Notes: generated by a model from the sequence alone, not told the origin. 64,000 nt of DNA from Octopus sinensis (GCF_006345805.1 NC_043008.1:59210001-59274000), one strand, 5' to 3'. Counted from the first letter of the stretch, positions 12,099 through 26,095 are shown. Numbers and translations: made by a program.

Positions 12099-12109
12099 TG
12101 TATGTATGC

Positions 12110-12490
12110 ATGTCTCTTCTATTTTTTAATCATTATAAATCTTTCACTGAGGAGGGAGCCAGTTTCCAACAAAGATACAAGGCTCCATCTTTGGGAAGTA
12201 GTTAACAGACAAAATTCACATTTGGAACATAAGAAAAGTCTTGCATATTTTTACTGTTCCACTCACAGATTGAACTTGTAATGTACTAATCAGTCGATCA
12301 ATTTCTTTTTCTGAAAATCCCAGTTTATCCAGATTCTCTTTTAAGCATTTACGAACAAAACCTAGTGTTCCAATAATTATTGGTATGAATATGAATTCAT
12401 AGTCTGGATATAGAAACTGAAGCTTTCGAAGCCGTTATCCATAGATATCTTTTTTGCTTTGATTTTCAAAGAGATATTTATATATGCAGG
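12110..12490 (-). mobile_element. RLE-type LINE 3-prime end with (CATA)n tail
   Basis: Minus translation LQFLYPDYEFIFIPIIIGTLGFVRKCLKENLDKLGFSEKEIDRLISTLQVQSVSGTVKICKTFLMF*, typical post-nuclease C-terminus. Confidence 0.7.
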
Positions 12491-13277
12491 GGCAGCTAAC
12501 CTTTATGATGGGACATACCTTTGCCCATCTGCCCCTAGGTATGTATGTATGAGTGAGCGTCGGGGTGTCACTGATGTGTGTTTAAGTTTATATATATGTA
12601 TATCTATCTATCTACTTATATCTATCTGTGTGTATAAATATATATATTTATGTGTATGTATGTATGTATGTGTATATACATATATATATATATTGGCGTG
12701 TATATGTGTGCGCGTGCGTGTGTGTGATGTATGCCTGGATGTGTATATGTAAGTATGCATCTCTGTAAATAACATATGCAATTATTCTGAACTCGGTATT
12801 GCAAGATAAGCAGTCGGTTACATACATGAAATATTTGATGTTTAAAATCCACGTATATACTTTCAAAACGCGTATCTACAAGCACACTCATGCTTTCTTG
12901 CATTCACACATTCGCAGACACACACACATACACACACACACCTGCATATACATTCACATGTTCACATATACACATGCATGCATAAACATATGCATACATT
13001 CATATACATGATATATGTAATAGACAGACAAAAAATTTAATTGTAAAACGCTGACATTTCCTCACGCAATGAAATTGAACACGACCCGTGTATATGTAAA
13101 TGCATGTGTGTGAGCGAGGGAGGGAGAGAGAGTGTGTGTGTATGAGAAAGAGAGAGGGGTTTTGTGAGAGAGAGAGAGACTGATAGAGTGTGTGTGTGTG
13201 TGTGTATGAGTGCGCCTATGTGTGGTGTGTAGCCCTTAAGCATATGTACTTGCTTAAAACTCCCAAAAGCTTAATTA

Positions 13278-13349
13278 TGTATATACTTATGTGTATATGT
13301 GTGTGTATGTATGTCCATGCATGTGTGTATGCACGTATGTTTGCATGTG

Positions 13350-13380
<31 letters not shown>

Positions 13381-13424
13381 ACATATATATATACATATAT
13401 ACATTTATATATATACATATATAC

Positions 13425-13471
<47 letters not shown>

Positions 13472-13720
13472 CATATGTATATACTATATACATTTATATA
13501 TACATATATACATATATATATACATATATACATATATATATATATACATATATATACATATATCTATATATATATATATATATATATATACATAATATAT
13601 ATATATAGATATATATAATATATATATATATACATATATATATTATATATATATACGTATATATATATACGTATGTATGTATGTGTTTGTGTGTCTGTGT
13701 CTGTGTGTGTACATACATAG
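13278..13720. repeat. (TA)n/(TACA)n compound microsatellite
   Basis: Direct reading. Confidence 0.95.
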
Positions 13721-14009
13721 CTGCAATACATACAGACAAAATTTATTTGATTATTTGATTAAACATTTTTTTTTGTTTTTTGTTTTTTTATTCTGTTACC
13801 CTTTTCTGAAATTTAATTTCTTCTGTGATTTTAAAAATCATTTAAGTATTTCCAAAATTGCAATGTCAATTAGTCAATTGAAATAGAAAGAAAATATTGT
13901 GAAATTACATTTCAATATCTTAAAGGCCATTTAATTTTTCACAAAACTTTCTACCCTCGGTTTTGATTTTGTATTTGAAACGTATAAATAAAAATAAAAC
14001 ATTGTAATA

Positions 14010-14376
14010 TAATAATAATCAAATAATAATAACATGATAATGATAATAATAATAATAATAATATAATAATAATAATATAATATAATAATAATAATATGAT
14101 GATGATGATAATATGATGATGATAATAATAATATAATAATATAATGATAATAAAAATATAATAATAATATAATATAATGATTAATATGATAAATAAGATG
14201 ATAATAATATATAATAATAATAATATATAATAATAATAATAATAATATAATAATAATAATGATGATGATGATGATGATGATGAATATAATAATAATAATA
14301 ATAATAATATAATAATAAAATAATAATAATAATAATAAAAATGATAATAATAATAATAATGATGATGATGGTGATG

Positions 14377-14407
<31 letters not shown>

Positions 14408-14410
14408 GAG
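14010..14410. repeat. (AAT)n/(GAT)n compound microsatellite
   Basis: Direct reading. Confidence 0.95.
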
Positions 14411-14545
14411 ACAAATAAACAGAATAGAAAAACAAATAAAACGAACGAAAACTAAAATTGGTTTTCATTTGAAAGTTCGGAAATAGTAACTTTTTGCTCT
14501 TTAAATCGTAGTTTCAGCCTTTCCCGCCGCTATCACCGCACTGTT

Positions 14546-14584
<39 letters not shown>

Positions 14585-15379
14585 GTCATCATCACACACA
14601 CTTTCATTATCTGACATCATTATCCGTCGTCTTCGTCGTCATCATCCATTATCATCGTGTTTGTCGGCTTCATCATCACCATCATCGTTATCATCATCCA
14701 GCTTCATCATCCGTCGTCGTCGTGGTTTCAGTGGTGGTGGTGGTGGTGGTGGTCGTCGTCGTCGTCGTCCTTGTCATCATCTGTCGTCACTGTCATTATG
14801 GCCGCCGTCGTCATCATCATCATCATCATCATCATCGTCATCATCATCGTCAACGTCGTCATCACACACTTTCATTATCTGACATCATTATCCGTCGTCT
14901 TCGTTGTCATCATCCATCGCCATTGTTATTGTGTCTGTCGTCGTCTTCATCATCACCATCATCGTCATCATCATCCCACTTCATCATCTGTCATGACTAC
15001 CCGTCGTCGTCGTCGTCGCCGTCGTCGCTGTTGATTGCTTGTGTGTATATGCTTTTTTTAATGTTTATCGGATTTCAGCGAGGATATAGTGTTTTTATGA
15101 CGTCATCATCATCATCACACTGCTTCTGTAGTCAAAGAATGCTCTGAACAGTGTCTTTCTATTGCTTCGACTTATTCGTGCTTTCTGCATTCTCGGAAAG
15201 ATTGGGGGCCTTCCATTAAGAAGACTGATCCTTGATTTCGGAGTCACAGCCATAAACACTATTATTCACCTGTTATGACCGTTTTCAAAAAGCTTTCGTC
15301 TTCCTCGACACAATCAAGAAGACCTTAGGCTGGTGAAACCCGATCCATTTGGTCAGCTAAAGCCAGGTTTGGCACATAG

Positions 15380-15665
15380 TGGAGATGTGTGGCTTAGTGG
15401 TTTGAGTGTTGGACTCATGATCATAACATTATGGTTTCGGATCATAATGGTTTCGGATCATAACATTATGATTCCTGGACCGGGCGACGCATTGGTTCTT
15501 GAGCAAAACATTTAATTTCACATTGCTCCAGTACACTCGGCTGACAAAAATGAGTAATCCTGTGACTCATCAGCGTCCTGTCCAGGTGGAGAATATATAC
15601 GCCATGAAACCGGGAATCCAGCCCTTATGAGTCGCTATGACTCGAGAAGGTATCTTTACCTTTAT
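15380..15665 (+). mobile_element. tRNA-derived SINE (family E)
   Basis: A-box-like tggcttagtgg, attcctggaccgggc, cttgagcaaaacatttaatttcacattgctccagtacactc core; related decayed copy at about 51325-51480. Confidence 0.6.
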
Positions 15666-15669
15666 CTTA

Positions 15670-16860
15670 GTTTTGGCACAAACTTGAGAGACACACGTTC
15701 CATATCCAAATCTTCTGTGAGAATGGTTTGAACTGATCAGTAACTAATATTCACATCATCCGACCACCCACATACGGTGATTTGACGGTCTTTCTAAACA
15801 GCTACAAGCACATCTGCGATGTTTTCATCAGTCCTGCTTGCTGCAGGTCTCCCAGAACGTGCATCGCTCTCGATATTTTGTTGGCTATCTTGGAAACGTT
15901 TGAACCACTTGTCTACACATGTCCGACTCATACAATCCTCTCCATACACTTTCAGCAGCTTTGAGTAGGTCTCAAAGTAGCTTTGAGTAGGTCTCATGTC
16001 CTGCTCATACAATCCTCTCCATACACTTTCAGCAGCTTTGAGTAGGTCTCAAAGTAGCTTTGAGTAGGTCTCATGTCCTGCTCATACAATCCTCTCCATA
16101 CACTTTCAGCAGCTTTGAGTAGGTCTCAAAGTAGCTTTGAGTAGGTCTCATGTCCTGCTCATACAATCCTCTCCATACACTTTCAGCAGCTTTGAGTAGG
16201 TCTCAAAGTAGCTTTGAGTAGGTATCATGTCCTGCTCATACAATCCTCTCCATACACTTTCAGCAGCTTTGAGTAGGTCTCATGTCCTGCTCATACAATC
16301 CTCTCCATACACTTTCAGCAGCTTTGAGTAGGTCTCATGTCCTGCACATACAATCCCCTCCATACACTTTCAGCAGCTTTGAGTAGGTCTCCATCCTGCA
16401 CATACAATCCCCTCCAACCTTTCAGCGCTTTGAGTAGGTCTCATGTCCTGCACATACAATCCCCTCCATACACTTTCATTTCATCAGCTTTGAGTAGGTC
16501 TCATGTCCTGCTCACCAAATCCTCTCCATACACTTTCAGCAGCTTTGAGTAGGTCTCATGTCCTGCACATACAATCCCCTCCATACACTTTCAGCAGCTT
16601 TGAGTAGGTCTCATGTCCTGCTCATACAATCCTCTCCATACACTTTCAGCAGATTTGAGTAGGTCCCTGCGCTGGTATCACCAAGCTTTTGGTAAAATTT
16701 GAAGCAGATTCTCAGCTCAGTATTCTCTGCCATGGTTAATGGAACCTATGCGATATGATGAGACAACCAAACTCTACACATACTACATCGGTGCACTGCT
16801 AGAAACAACGGAAGGGAGCGAGAACATTACAACTTAGTATGCATGCTTGTCAAAGTTCAA
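15670..16860 (-). mobile_element. Mariner 5-prime half (HTH region) interrupted by an internal minisatellite
   Basis: MAENTELRICFKFYQKLGDTSAG (about 16730-16665) continues after the array as TYSKLLKVYGEDCMSRTCVDKWFKRFQDSQQNIESDARSGRP. Confidence 0.85.
15929..16665. repeat. Minisatellite: four 77-bp units then about eight 52-60-bp (mostly 55-bp) units
   Basis: catacaatc unit starts at 15929, 16006, 16083, 16160, 16237, 16292, 16347, 16401, 16453, ~16513, 16568, 16623. Confidence 0.95.
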
Positions 16861-17150
16861 GGCCAGTCTGGGCCAAGTGGTTTCACTCCGCATATTTTAC
16901 CTCCGTTAAACAGTCCCATAATGTGTAGGGGGGGCGTGTATGACCGTCTGCGTGATTTTGTGCTTGTATTTCTCCCGAATTGTCGCTTCAAACTGGTGCT
17001 GCTTGATTTACGTCCCCATAACATAGCGCTCCGACAAGAGAAAAGGGACAGAATGAGAACTATGACTAAAGAAATAAGTACTAGAGTTGATTTGTCTAAC
17101 TGCCAACCTACATACCAACGTACCTATCTATTTATCTATCTATCTATCTA

Positions 17151-17184
<34 letters not shown>

Positions 17185-17187
<3 letters not shown>

Positions 17188-17607
17188 CTCTTTTACTCTT
17201 TTACTCTTTTACTTGTTTCAGTCATTTGACTGCGGCCATGCTGGAGCCACCGCCTTTAGGTCGAGCAATCGACCCCGCTTATTCTTTGTAAGCCCAGTAC
17301 TTATTCTATCGGTCTCTTTTGCCGAACCGCTAAGTGACGGGGACGTAAACACACCAGCATCGGTTGTCAAGCAATGCTGGGGGGACAAACACAGACACAC
17401 AAACATATACCACACACACTTATATATATACATATATACGACAGGCTTCTTTCAGTTTTCAGTTCAGTCTACCAAATCCACTCACAAGGCATTGGTCGGC
17501 CCGGGGCTATAGCAGAAGACACTTGCCCAAGATGCCACGCAGTGGGACTGAACCCGGAACTATGTGGTTGGTTAGCAAGCTACTTACCACACAGCCACTC
17601 CTGCGCC
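17185..17607 (-). mobile_element. SINE family B, full length
   Basis: Minus head ggcgcaggagtggctgtgtggtaagtagc, B box gggttcagtcc, (ttactct)n tail; nearly identical to 49608-50011. Confidence 0.9.
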
Positions 17608-17616
17608 TATATATAT

Positions 17617-17704
<88 letters not shown>

Positions 17705-17706
<2 letters not shown>

Positions 17707-18607
17707 GGTATGTAGAAAAATACAACATGGACAAGAACGTATAACTCATAAAAGACGATACAATAAACATGGACAGGACATTCGAACCCCTCAGTTCTTC
17801 AGTCAAGAACCGGATCATCGTAGTAATTTCGGCTGATTAATCTTGAGATTACTAGATCACGGCCAGCCCTCCAGAAAAACTAAGCTGGAAGCGTAGATTT
17901 CCTGGAGAAGGATCGAATGCATACGAACACCAGGACAGCAAAAGGGACAGATATAAAAAAAACAAAACACATAATGGAATACAGAAACATGAAATACAGA
18001 AGCATTAACGGTGAAAACAACAAGTTCTTACGACTGATAACAAGCAAACAAATTTTTTCTCTGGCGCATTGGAAAAAGCCTTTATAGCGGCGGACGAAGA
18101 ACAACGATGTTAACACGACGAGGGTCAGGAGCTGAAGGCAGATTTCGGCCAACAGTCACGTGACAGAGAAGAGGGAAAAGAAAAAAGAGAAGCAAAGGAA
18201 GAGAGAGAGAGAAAAGGGGACAAAACGCAACAAGAGAGAGAAATAGAGAAGAAGGAATCAGAGAGGAGAAGGGATGGGTGTCGAAGATGACCTGTGGTGC
18301 AGAGCGAGACAAAGAAATAGGAGGGTAGTGGAGACTAGACCAAAGGATCAGAGGAAGAGAAGATGAATAGAGAGAAAGTAAAATGAGAGAGAGAGGAGAC
18401 AAACAGAGAGTCGTACCAATTATTAAGAATATGTGTTCACATTAATGATAAGGGGTACGGGGCGCCTGGAATATATGTTAAGGTATGTAGAAAAATACAA
18501 CATGGACAAGAACGTATAACTCATAAAAGACGATACAATAAACATGGACAGGACTTCGAACCCCTCAGTCTTCAGTCAAGAACCGGATCATCGTAGTAAT
18601 TTCGGCT
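17705..18607. mobile_element. Direct-repeat-bounded element (about 130-bp repeats), Penelope-terminus-like
   Basis: aaggtatgtagaaaaatacaacatggacaag...tttcggct at 17705-17835 and 18479-18607; related copy at about 9195-9335; flanked by (TA)n. Confidence 0.65.
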
Positions 18608-18669
18608 ATATACACACACAATATATATATATATATTATATATATATATATATTATATATATATACATA

Positions 18670-19095
18670 ATGTGTGTGGTATGAAGCTTGCTTCCCAACC
18701 ACTTGATTCGGGGTTCAGTCCCACTGCGTAGCTCCTTGGTACGTATCTTCTACTGTAGCCTTGGGCCGACCAAAGCGTTGTGAGTGGATTTGGTTGACGC
18801 GAACGGAAAGAAGCTCGTCGTATACATGTATATATATATATATACACACACACACACATATATGGGTGTGTGTGTATGTGTGTATATTTGAGTGTCTGTG
18901 TTTGTCCTCCGCCATCGCTTAACAACCGATGTTGGTGTATTTACGTCCCCGTATCCTAGCGGTGCGGCAGAAGACCCCGATAAAATAAGTACCAGGTTTA
19001 CAAAGAATAAGTTCTGGGGGTGGATCGATTTGTTCGACTAAAGACGGTGCTCCAGCTTAGCCGCAGTCTAATGACTGAAACAAATAAAAGAATCA
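18670..19095 (+). mobile_element. SINE family B, diverged copy
   Basis: gggttcagtcccactgcg, gggccgaccaaagc and cggtgctccagc blocks. Confidence 0.8.
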
Positions 19096-19145
19096 AAGGT
19101 TAAGAGACTAAAAGTATATATATGTATGTATGTATATATATACAT

Positions 19146-19227
<82 letters not shown>

Positions 19228-19349
19228 CTATATCTATCTATATATATAGGTGTGTGGGTGTGGAAATAAGGAGATTCAATTGAATTAAGTACTTAAGTTG
19301 AAGCACCAAGTCAGTGCGGTAGTATATGTGCAACTTAAAGTAACGTGAA

Positions 19350-20323
19350 TAAAATCAAAATAAGCAACAGGATATCAAGAGGTGATGCAGTACGACCGTT
19401 TCAAGCGGCTCCACTTAATTGAACAATGCAATCATTACATCAATTCAAATGCAGGGTTATCCTCAGCTGCATAAATAAATAGAATTTTTAATCAGTTGGA
19501 CACATTAATATAATTTTACTTAAATTCTCTAATAGAACAAGAAGAGGGGAAAATTCCATTTTGCTACTAATGTAGCTCAAAGTATACTATGCTTCTAAGA
19601 AATGTTTGCAGTTTGTTAGGATCATAGCTTGTAAAGGATTGTGGTTCAGTTCTAATTTATTAGTATTTTTTTATCAATTACAAAATCTAAGGCTAGAGGA
19701 AAGTATCTGTTTAGAATGGATAGACATACTGAGTTAACCGTTTATAGTTGGGTATGGTCATAAATATTGTCAGGATTTTAGGAAATGTATAAGTAATTGC
19801 CTATAAAGGAGGCTGGGTAGGGGAATACCCTAAATCAAGATGTTAATTACCAGTTAAAGGGGCAAGACGCTAAAAAACCTAGGATTATCATGGAGTACAA
19901 TGGATGATTTTATATAAACAATATTATGTTGTATGAAGATAAAATTTAAGATTACTAAAAATGATATTATAACCAGAATAGATAAACTGTGTATATATAC
20001 CAATTTTCAACATGAGAAATGGAAGATTACATAGAATTAGTTTAATATCCATTCCTGTACTTAATTACTTACTTACAATGTGGTTTATATAAAGATTACT
20101 CTGGGTATTTATTTATGGAATACTGGAGCGATAAATCATGCTATCTTTATATTAGTTATAAGCTAAGAAGCAGAAAAAAATCTGAAAACTAAGTTCTGCA
20201 CAGATACATACACATATTTAACTATGTGCACACAAGCAAATATGATTGCATTGTTCAATTAAATGTAGTCGCTTGAAACGGTCGTACTGCATAACCTCTT
20301 GATATACTGCTGCTTATTTTGAT
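19350..20323 (-). mobile_element. Penelope-like relic with inverted terminal segments
   Basis: 19350-19435 is an about 82-bp inverted repeat of 20243-20323; interior minus strand has decayed LPFL..I, HP and GY/P-type post-RT motifs. Confidence 0.6.
19385..19472 (-). ncRNA. Type-I hammerhead motif with extended stem II (family d)
   Basis: Minus: atgcag CTGAGGA [long hairpin] GAAAC ggtc GTA ctgcat; perfect 6-bp stem I. Confidence 0.75.
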
Positions 20324-20574
20324 ATATATATGTACATATATATACATGTATATTTACATGTATATATACATATATATATATACACACATATATATATATA
20401 TACATATATATATACATACATATACACACTATATATATATACTATATATATACATATAATATATACATATTATTAATATATATATATATATACATATATA
20501 TACACATACTATATATCATTATTATATATATACATATATATAATACATATATATACATATATATACATATATAT

Positions 20575-20605
<31 letters not shown>

Positions 20606-20857
20606 TAATATAGTAATATAATATTATATATATATATGTACTAGTGTGGCCATAAATACTATTACAAATTTTCTTTACTTTTTTCATAGCTCTGCTGCGT
20701 GGTTGGTGTTAGGAAGGGCATCCAGTTGTAAAAATCCTACCAAAACAGTCACAGAAGTCTGGTGCAGGCTTTGGCCTGGCCTGGCTCTTGTAGAACCGTC
20801 CCACCCATGCTAGCATGGAAGATAGACGTTAAACGACGAGACGACGACAACGACACC

Positions 20858-20889
<32 letters not shown>

Positions 20890-21029
20890 GGAGGAGGAGG
20901 AGGAGGAGGAGGAGGAGGATAATGATGATGATGATGATGATGATTTTGCACCTAAAATATGCTACCTTTATGTCAGTCACTATATATAAGGTATAATATA
21001 TATATAGTATAATTATAAAATTTGTAGTA

Positions 21030-21085
<56 letters not shown>

Positions 21086-21719
21086 GTGTATGTATGTATT
21101 TATGTATATATGTATGTATGTACACATATGTGTGTATGTGTGTGTGTGTGTGTAAAAACACACACACGCGCGCTTGTTTATATAAGTACGACGTGCTTCC
21201 GCGTTTTCTGTCCATCAAATTAAACAGCCGTTTTATTATTCACTTGCCCAAGGTACCACTCAGTGGGACCGAACCCGTGACTACAAGATTTCAAAGCCAC
21301 ACATCCAATGTATACGCCTACACGCACCCCACTCCAACACACACACATACACACACACAATGATACATATACACATATGTATGAAATGCAAACGGCACGC
21401 AGATAGATAGACCATAAAGCCACGTAATAGATAAGGTGAAGGGACGAAGCGTGGTTGTATAACCATATAACTATAAAGCTATGCGATATACTTTGATGAT
21501 GTGATATGCTGTAGCGTATCAAAGCAGTAGGCTGGGTTATCACACACACACACACATACACAAAGACATCTAACTACGCCCACAAAATATCGCTGAGTGA
21601 AGCTTAGCGCTTTTCTTAACGGTAACAGCGTCCAATGAGGTAAATTGTACATTGTTTCTCTGTAATCACTGATATTCCGCTTTAGTTTGATCGATCCCTT
21701 TGTAGAACGGAGGTAGTTG

Positions 21720-22184
21720 GCGGCGGTGGCGGTGATGGTGGTGGTGGTAGCGGCGGTGGTTGTAGTGGCAGTGGTGGTGGTGGTGGTGGTGGTGGTGTGG
21801 TGGTGGTAGTGGTGGTGGTGGTGGTGGTTGGGTAGTGGTGGTGGTGGTGGTGTTAGTGGTGGTGGTGGTGGTGGTGGTGGTGGTGGTGGTGGTAGTTGTG
21901 GTTGTGGTGATGGCGGCAGTGGAGAGGAGGCGATGGAAGTGGTGGCGACGACGGTGGTTGTGGTGGCAGTGGTGATGACGGTGGTGGTGGTGGTGGTGGT
22001 GGTGGCGGTGGCGGCGAGGCGATGGAAGTGGGGGTGTCGGCGGTGGTTGTAGTTGTGGTGGCAGTGGTTGTTGTTGTGGTGGTGGTGGTGGTGGTGGTGC
22101 TGATGCGTGGTTTGGAAGCGAGGACTATTATGATTACACCAGAGCAGGTGCTGGTACTCGTGTTGGATGATAGTGGTTATGAAT

Positions 22185-22215
<31 letters not shown>

Positions 22216-22260
22216 GAGGAGGAGGAGGAGGAGGAGGAGGAGGAGGAGAAATTGCAGTAG
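21720..22260. repeat. (GGT)n, (AGT)n, (AGG)n low-complexity tract
   Basis: Direct reading. Confidence 0.93.
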
Positions 22261-22683
22261 TAATGGTTGTGACAGAGAAGAGGTGTGATGGCGGTGTTAT
22301 GCAGTGTAGGTGATAATCGTGATGGTGGTGGTGGTCGTCGTGGTAATGGTGAGGTTATTATGTCGGTAATGTTGTTGATGCAATAGCAGTAGGAGTTGTT
22401 GTTGCTGTCGTTGGTGGTGGTGGTACGTGTAAATACATATATACATATATATATATATGTATATGCATGTATGTATTTGTGCGATTTTATGTACGTGGGA
22501 ACTGCTCTGATGTAGGCGTCTGGTATATGAAATCATGTGTGTATTTGTATGTGTGCGTATTTGCGCGTAACTGAAATGTTATATACATATGTGTGTATGT
22601 GTGTGTGTGTGTGTGTGTGTGTTTTATTTATTTATGTATGTATATGTGTGTGTGATCTTAATAATATACAAGAAAATTAATAG

Positions 22684-22728
<45 letters not shown>

Positions 22729-25064
22729 TGAAGGAACGAACTTTCATATACATGCAATCGCGGCGGATTGGCGAAGACGCTAGAACGTTGGATGAAAGAC
22801 TTCACAGTATTTATTTCGACTCATTACTTTCTGAGTTCAAACCTCATCGTAGTCAACTTTATTGTTCATAATTTCGGGGTAAATAAAAGATCCAGTTTAG
22901 ATGCAGCGGAACAGTAGCAGTATAAAAACGTTGGACTGGATGCCTTCCAGTACTTCTTCGGGCTTTTGAATTCTGAGCTCAAATCTCCATGGCCTATTTG
23001 GGCGTTAGCCATAACACATCACCCAGTTTAATGCCATTACCTAGCACCCTGAGAACTTTTTGTAGAGTTCCTAATGTTGCATGAATTTGGGCAAAGTTTT
23101 CGATCTGAAAATATCTAATTCCCATTCTCTCACTTACCTTAGATGCTATGTAAAGGTTCATAAACTCTGCTTTTTCATATAACGAGACAATTTTTTATTT
23201 TTAAAAAGCCACAACTACGGCGAAATATGGTATCTGTTGCACCCGTGGTCATTTCTGGAGCGACTTTGTTCTGCCTTCATCTGAACTATATTATGCTTTT
23301 TAACACTAGGTCTTTAAAGGAATTTTTCCTACACGTCAAACTCCTTCCTCTGATGTTTAAATAATACACATTAAAATTATGATATTAACAATGCTCTCAT
23401 TATAGAGTTACTTTATTGGCATAATTCAAATTCATTCTGATTGCAGTGCCATTGCAAACAAGTAGATAGTTTATACATCGTTTGTATATACTTCAGATTA
23501 GCGATTTCGATTTCTGTTCAGAAATGTCACGAGTATACGGTGTTGATAAGCCGCAACTACGGCGAAATACGGTAGCAATCGCTCCCGCCATCACTTCTGG
23601 ATGATATTATTTCATCTAGCTTTGAAGTATACGACGTTCTTGATTACTATACGTCTTTAGAGTGATTTTTGTGTAGGACGAAAAACTGCAGCCCCTGGTG
23701 TTTAAACTACATACGATATGTATGTGGTATCGATAATGATTTTACCTGGAAGAAATCTATATATTTGCTGTGAACACAAAATGGCAAGATATGACTTGCA
23801 GGCCTTTAATTCTGATATGAGCTCTATATGTGAAAGTAATAATTATCATAATTATTACTTTTCGCACCAACAAATAATTTGCGGCTGAGTTCTATAAACA
23901 AGACCTTCAATTCTTGCTTAGGTTCATCGATCTTGGAGGAGCTTTAATCGATTGATTGAACCAGGTCGCAGTCTCCTTACCTTAACACATCGTCCGAAAG
24001 GAAAAGTTGTTCTTCAAAGACGAAATATTACAGCAGTTAGCAAATGTCGGAACATATTAAGAATGAATATGTACGTAATTGGTCTGCGCGTGCATGGCAA
24101 TTAATTCATCGGTTCAGCAGACGTCAGCCCATATCAGCAAATAGATTTTTATTTCTTTGATGCATTTTGTAAACAAGAGCCTTGACTTTTGCTCCGTTTC
24201 ATTGATCCAGAAGTATCTTAGAATGAAGAGACAAACATTTTCTTTCATCAATCAGTCTATTATGTCGTCAACACTGGCATCGTCATAAAGATATTCTCCG
24301 AAGATAAAATACAACAGCGATTGGCATGTTCACGTTCGAATCTGACAGAACGTATGAAGAAGGAATGTGTATGTCTCTCTTGTATATTCTCGCAGTTCTC
24401 TGTGCACATTATGATATAGTTCACATAGAATTCTTTTAAGGAGAAGTATCTTCGCATGTATGATAATTTTCTAGATGTTTCATACATTTCTTGTTGTCTG
24501 TTCAACATATAACCGTGTGTGTGTATGTGTGTGTGGTTTCACAAAGACGTGGAGATAAACTGAAGTGCAAATAGCATTCGGATGCATTCCCTATCCTATT
24601 TAACTGATAACTGATAACACGTAATCTAATTACCTTAATGAGACAGCTATCTCTTAACAATTAATCATTAAGCATATATTCGGCAAGAACAAAGGTGCCT
24701 CCGCATTACCTTGACGGGACATACATACATACATACATACATACATACATACATACATACATACATACATACATACATACATACATACATGCATGCATGC
24801 ATACATGCATACATACATACATACACACATACATACATCCATACATACAGACATGCTTATATACATACACATCGAAGCTGTTAGGACATCTAGTACCTTG
24901 AGTGACGAAAGAAGGCCACAAATTACCCGTCCTTATTTTTTCCTGTCCTTCTAATTGTTGTTTTTCCCTCTCCGCCTTTGTATCGTCTATCTGTCCAGAT
25001 GTTGTCCTCTATTGCGTTTTTGCTTCATATATATATATATACATACATACATGCATATGCATAT

Positions 25065-25099
<35 letters not shown>

Positions 25100-25195
25100 T
25101 ATATATATGTATATGAATGTGTATATGTATGTGTATATGTATATGAATATGTATATGCATAAGCATATGCATGTATGTATATATATATATATATA

Positions 25196-25610
25196 CAGGA
25201 GTGGCTGTGTGGTAAGTAGCTTGTTTACCAACCACATGGTTCCGGGTCCAGTCCCACTGCGTGGCACCTTGGGCAAGTGTCTTCTACTATAGCCTCGGCC
25301 GACCAAAGCCTTGTGAGTGATTTGGTAGACGGAAACTGAAAGAAGCCCGTCGTATATATGTATATATATATATATATATATAAATATAGATGCTATGTGT
25401 GTTTTGTGTGTCTGTGTTTGTCCCCTAGCATTGCTTGACAACCGATGCTGGTGTGTTTATGTCCCCGTTACTTAGCGGTTCGGCAAAAGACACCGGTAGA
25501 ATATAGTACTGGGGCTTACAAAAAATAAGTCCCGAGGTCGAGTTGCTCGATTAAAGGCGGTGCTCCAGCATGGCCTCAGTCAAATGACTGAAAAAAGTAA
25601 AAGAGTAAAG
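25196..25610 (+). mobile_element. SINE family B, full length
   Basis: caggagtggctgtgtggtaagtagc head through caaatgactgaaaaaagtaaaagagtaaag tail. Confidence 0.9.
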
Positions 25611-26060
25611 CATATATATATATATATATATATAAGATATATATATATAAGTAGCAGTATATTGGATATATGTTATCCCATGGTGGGTTGAATTTTTCAA
25701 CCCCTATCTCATTTTTAATATATATATATATATATATAATATATATATATATAAGCAAAAACGCAATAGAGGACATCTGGACAGATAGACGATACAAAGG
25801 CAGAGAGGGAAAAATAACAATTATGTATGTATGTATGTTAAAATATATATATATATATATATACATACGTATAAATAATCACACACACACAACACACACA
25901 ACCACACACACACACATATATATATAATATATATATATTATATTACATACATATATAGTTAATTTTAAAAATTGGAGGAAATAGACAAGAAAAGAGCAAC
26001 AACGCGAGGCCGTAGCACATGCAAAGTATTTTTAAGACTTTAGAGAAGTAAAGAGTAGTT

Positions 26061-26095
26061 GTTTTATGTTTTGAGCATAGCTCTTCTTCGGAAAC
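26061..26095 (-). ncRNA. CpG-decayed hammerhead motif
   Basis: Minus: gttt CCGAAGA agagc-tat-gctc AAAAC ATA aaac; both core defects are CG to CA changes. Confidence 0.5.

Noticed and set aside
15929-16665. CRISPR-like appearance of the regular array
   Set aside because: No unique spacers, eukaryotic context, unit derives from mariner coding sequence
24260-24508. 82-aa ORF in non-repetitive DNA with a strong donor-like site near 23985
   Set aside because: No recognisable motif and could not be joined in phase to other candidate exons
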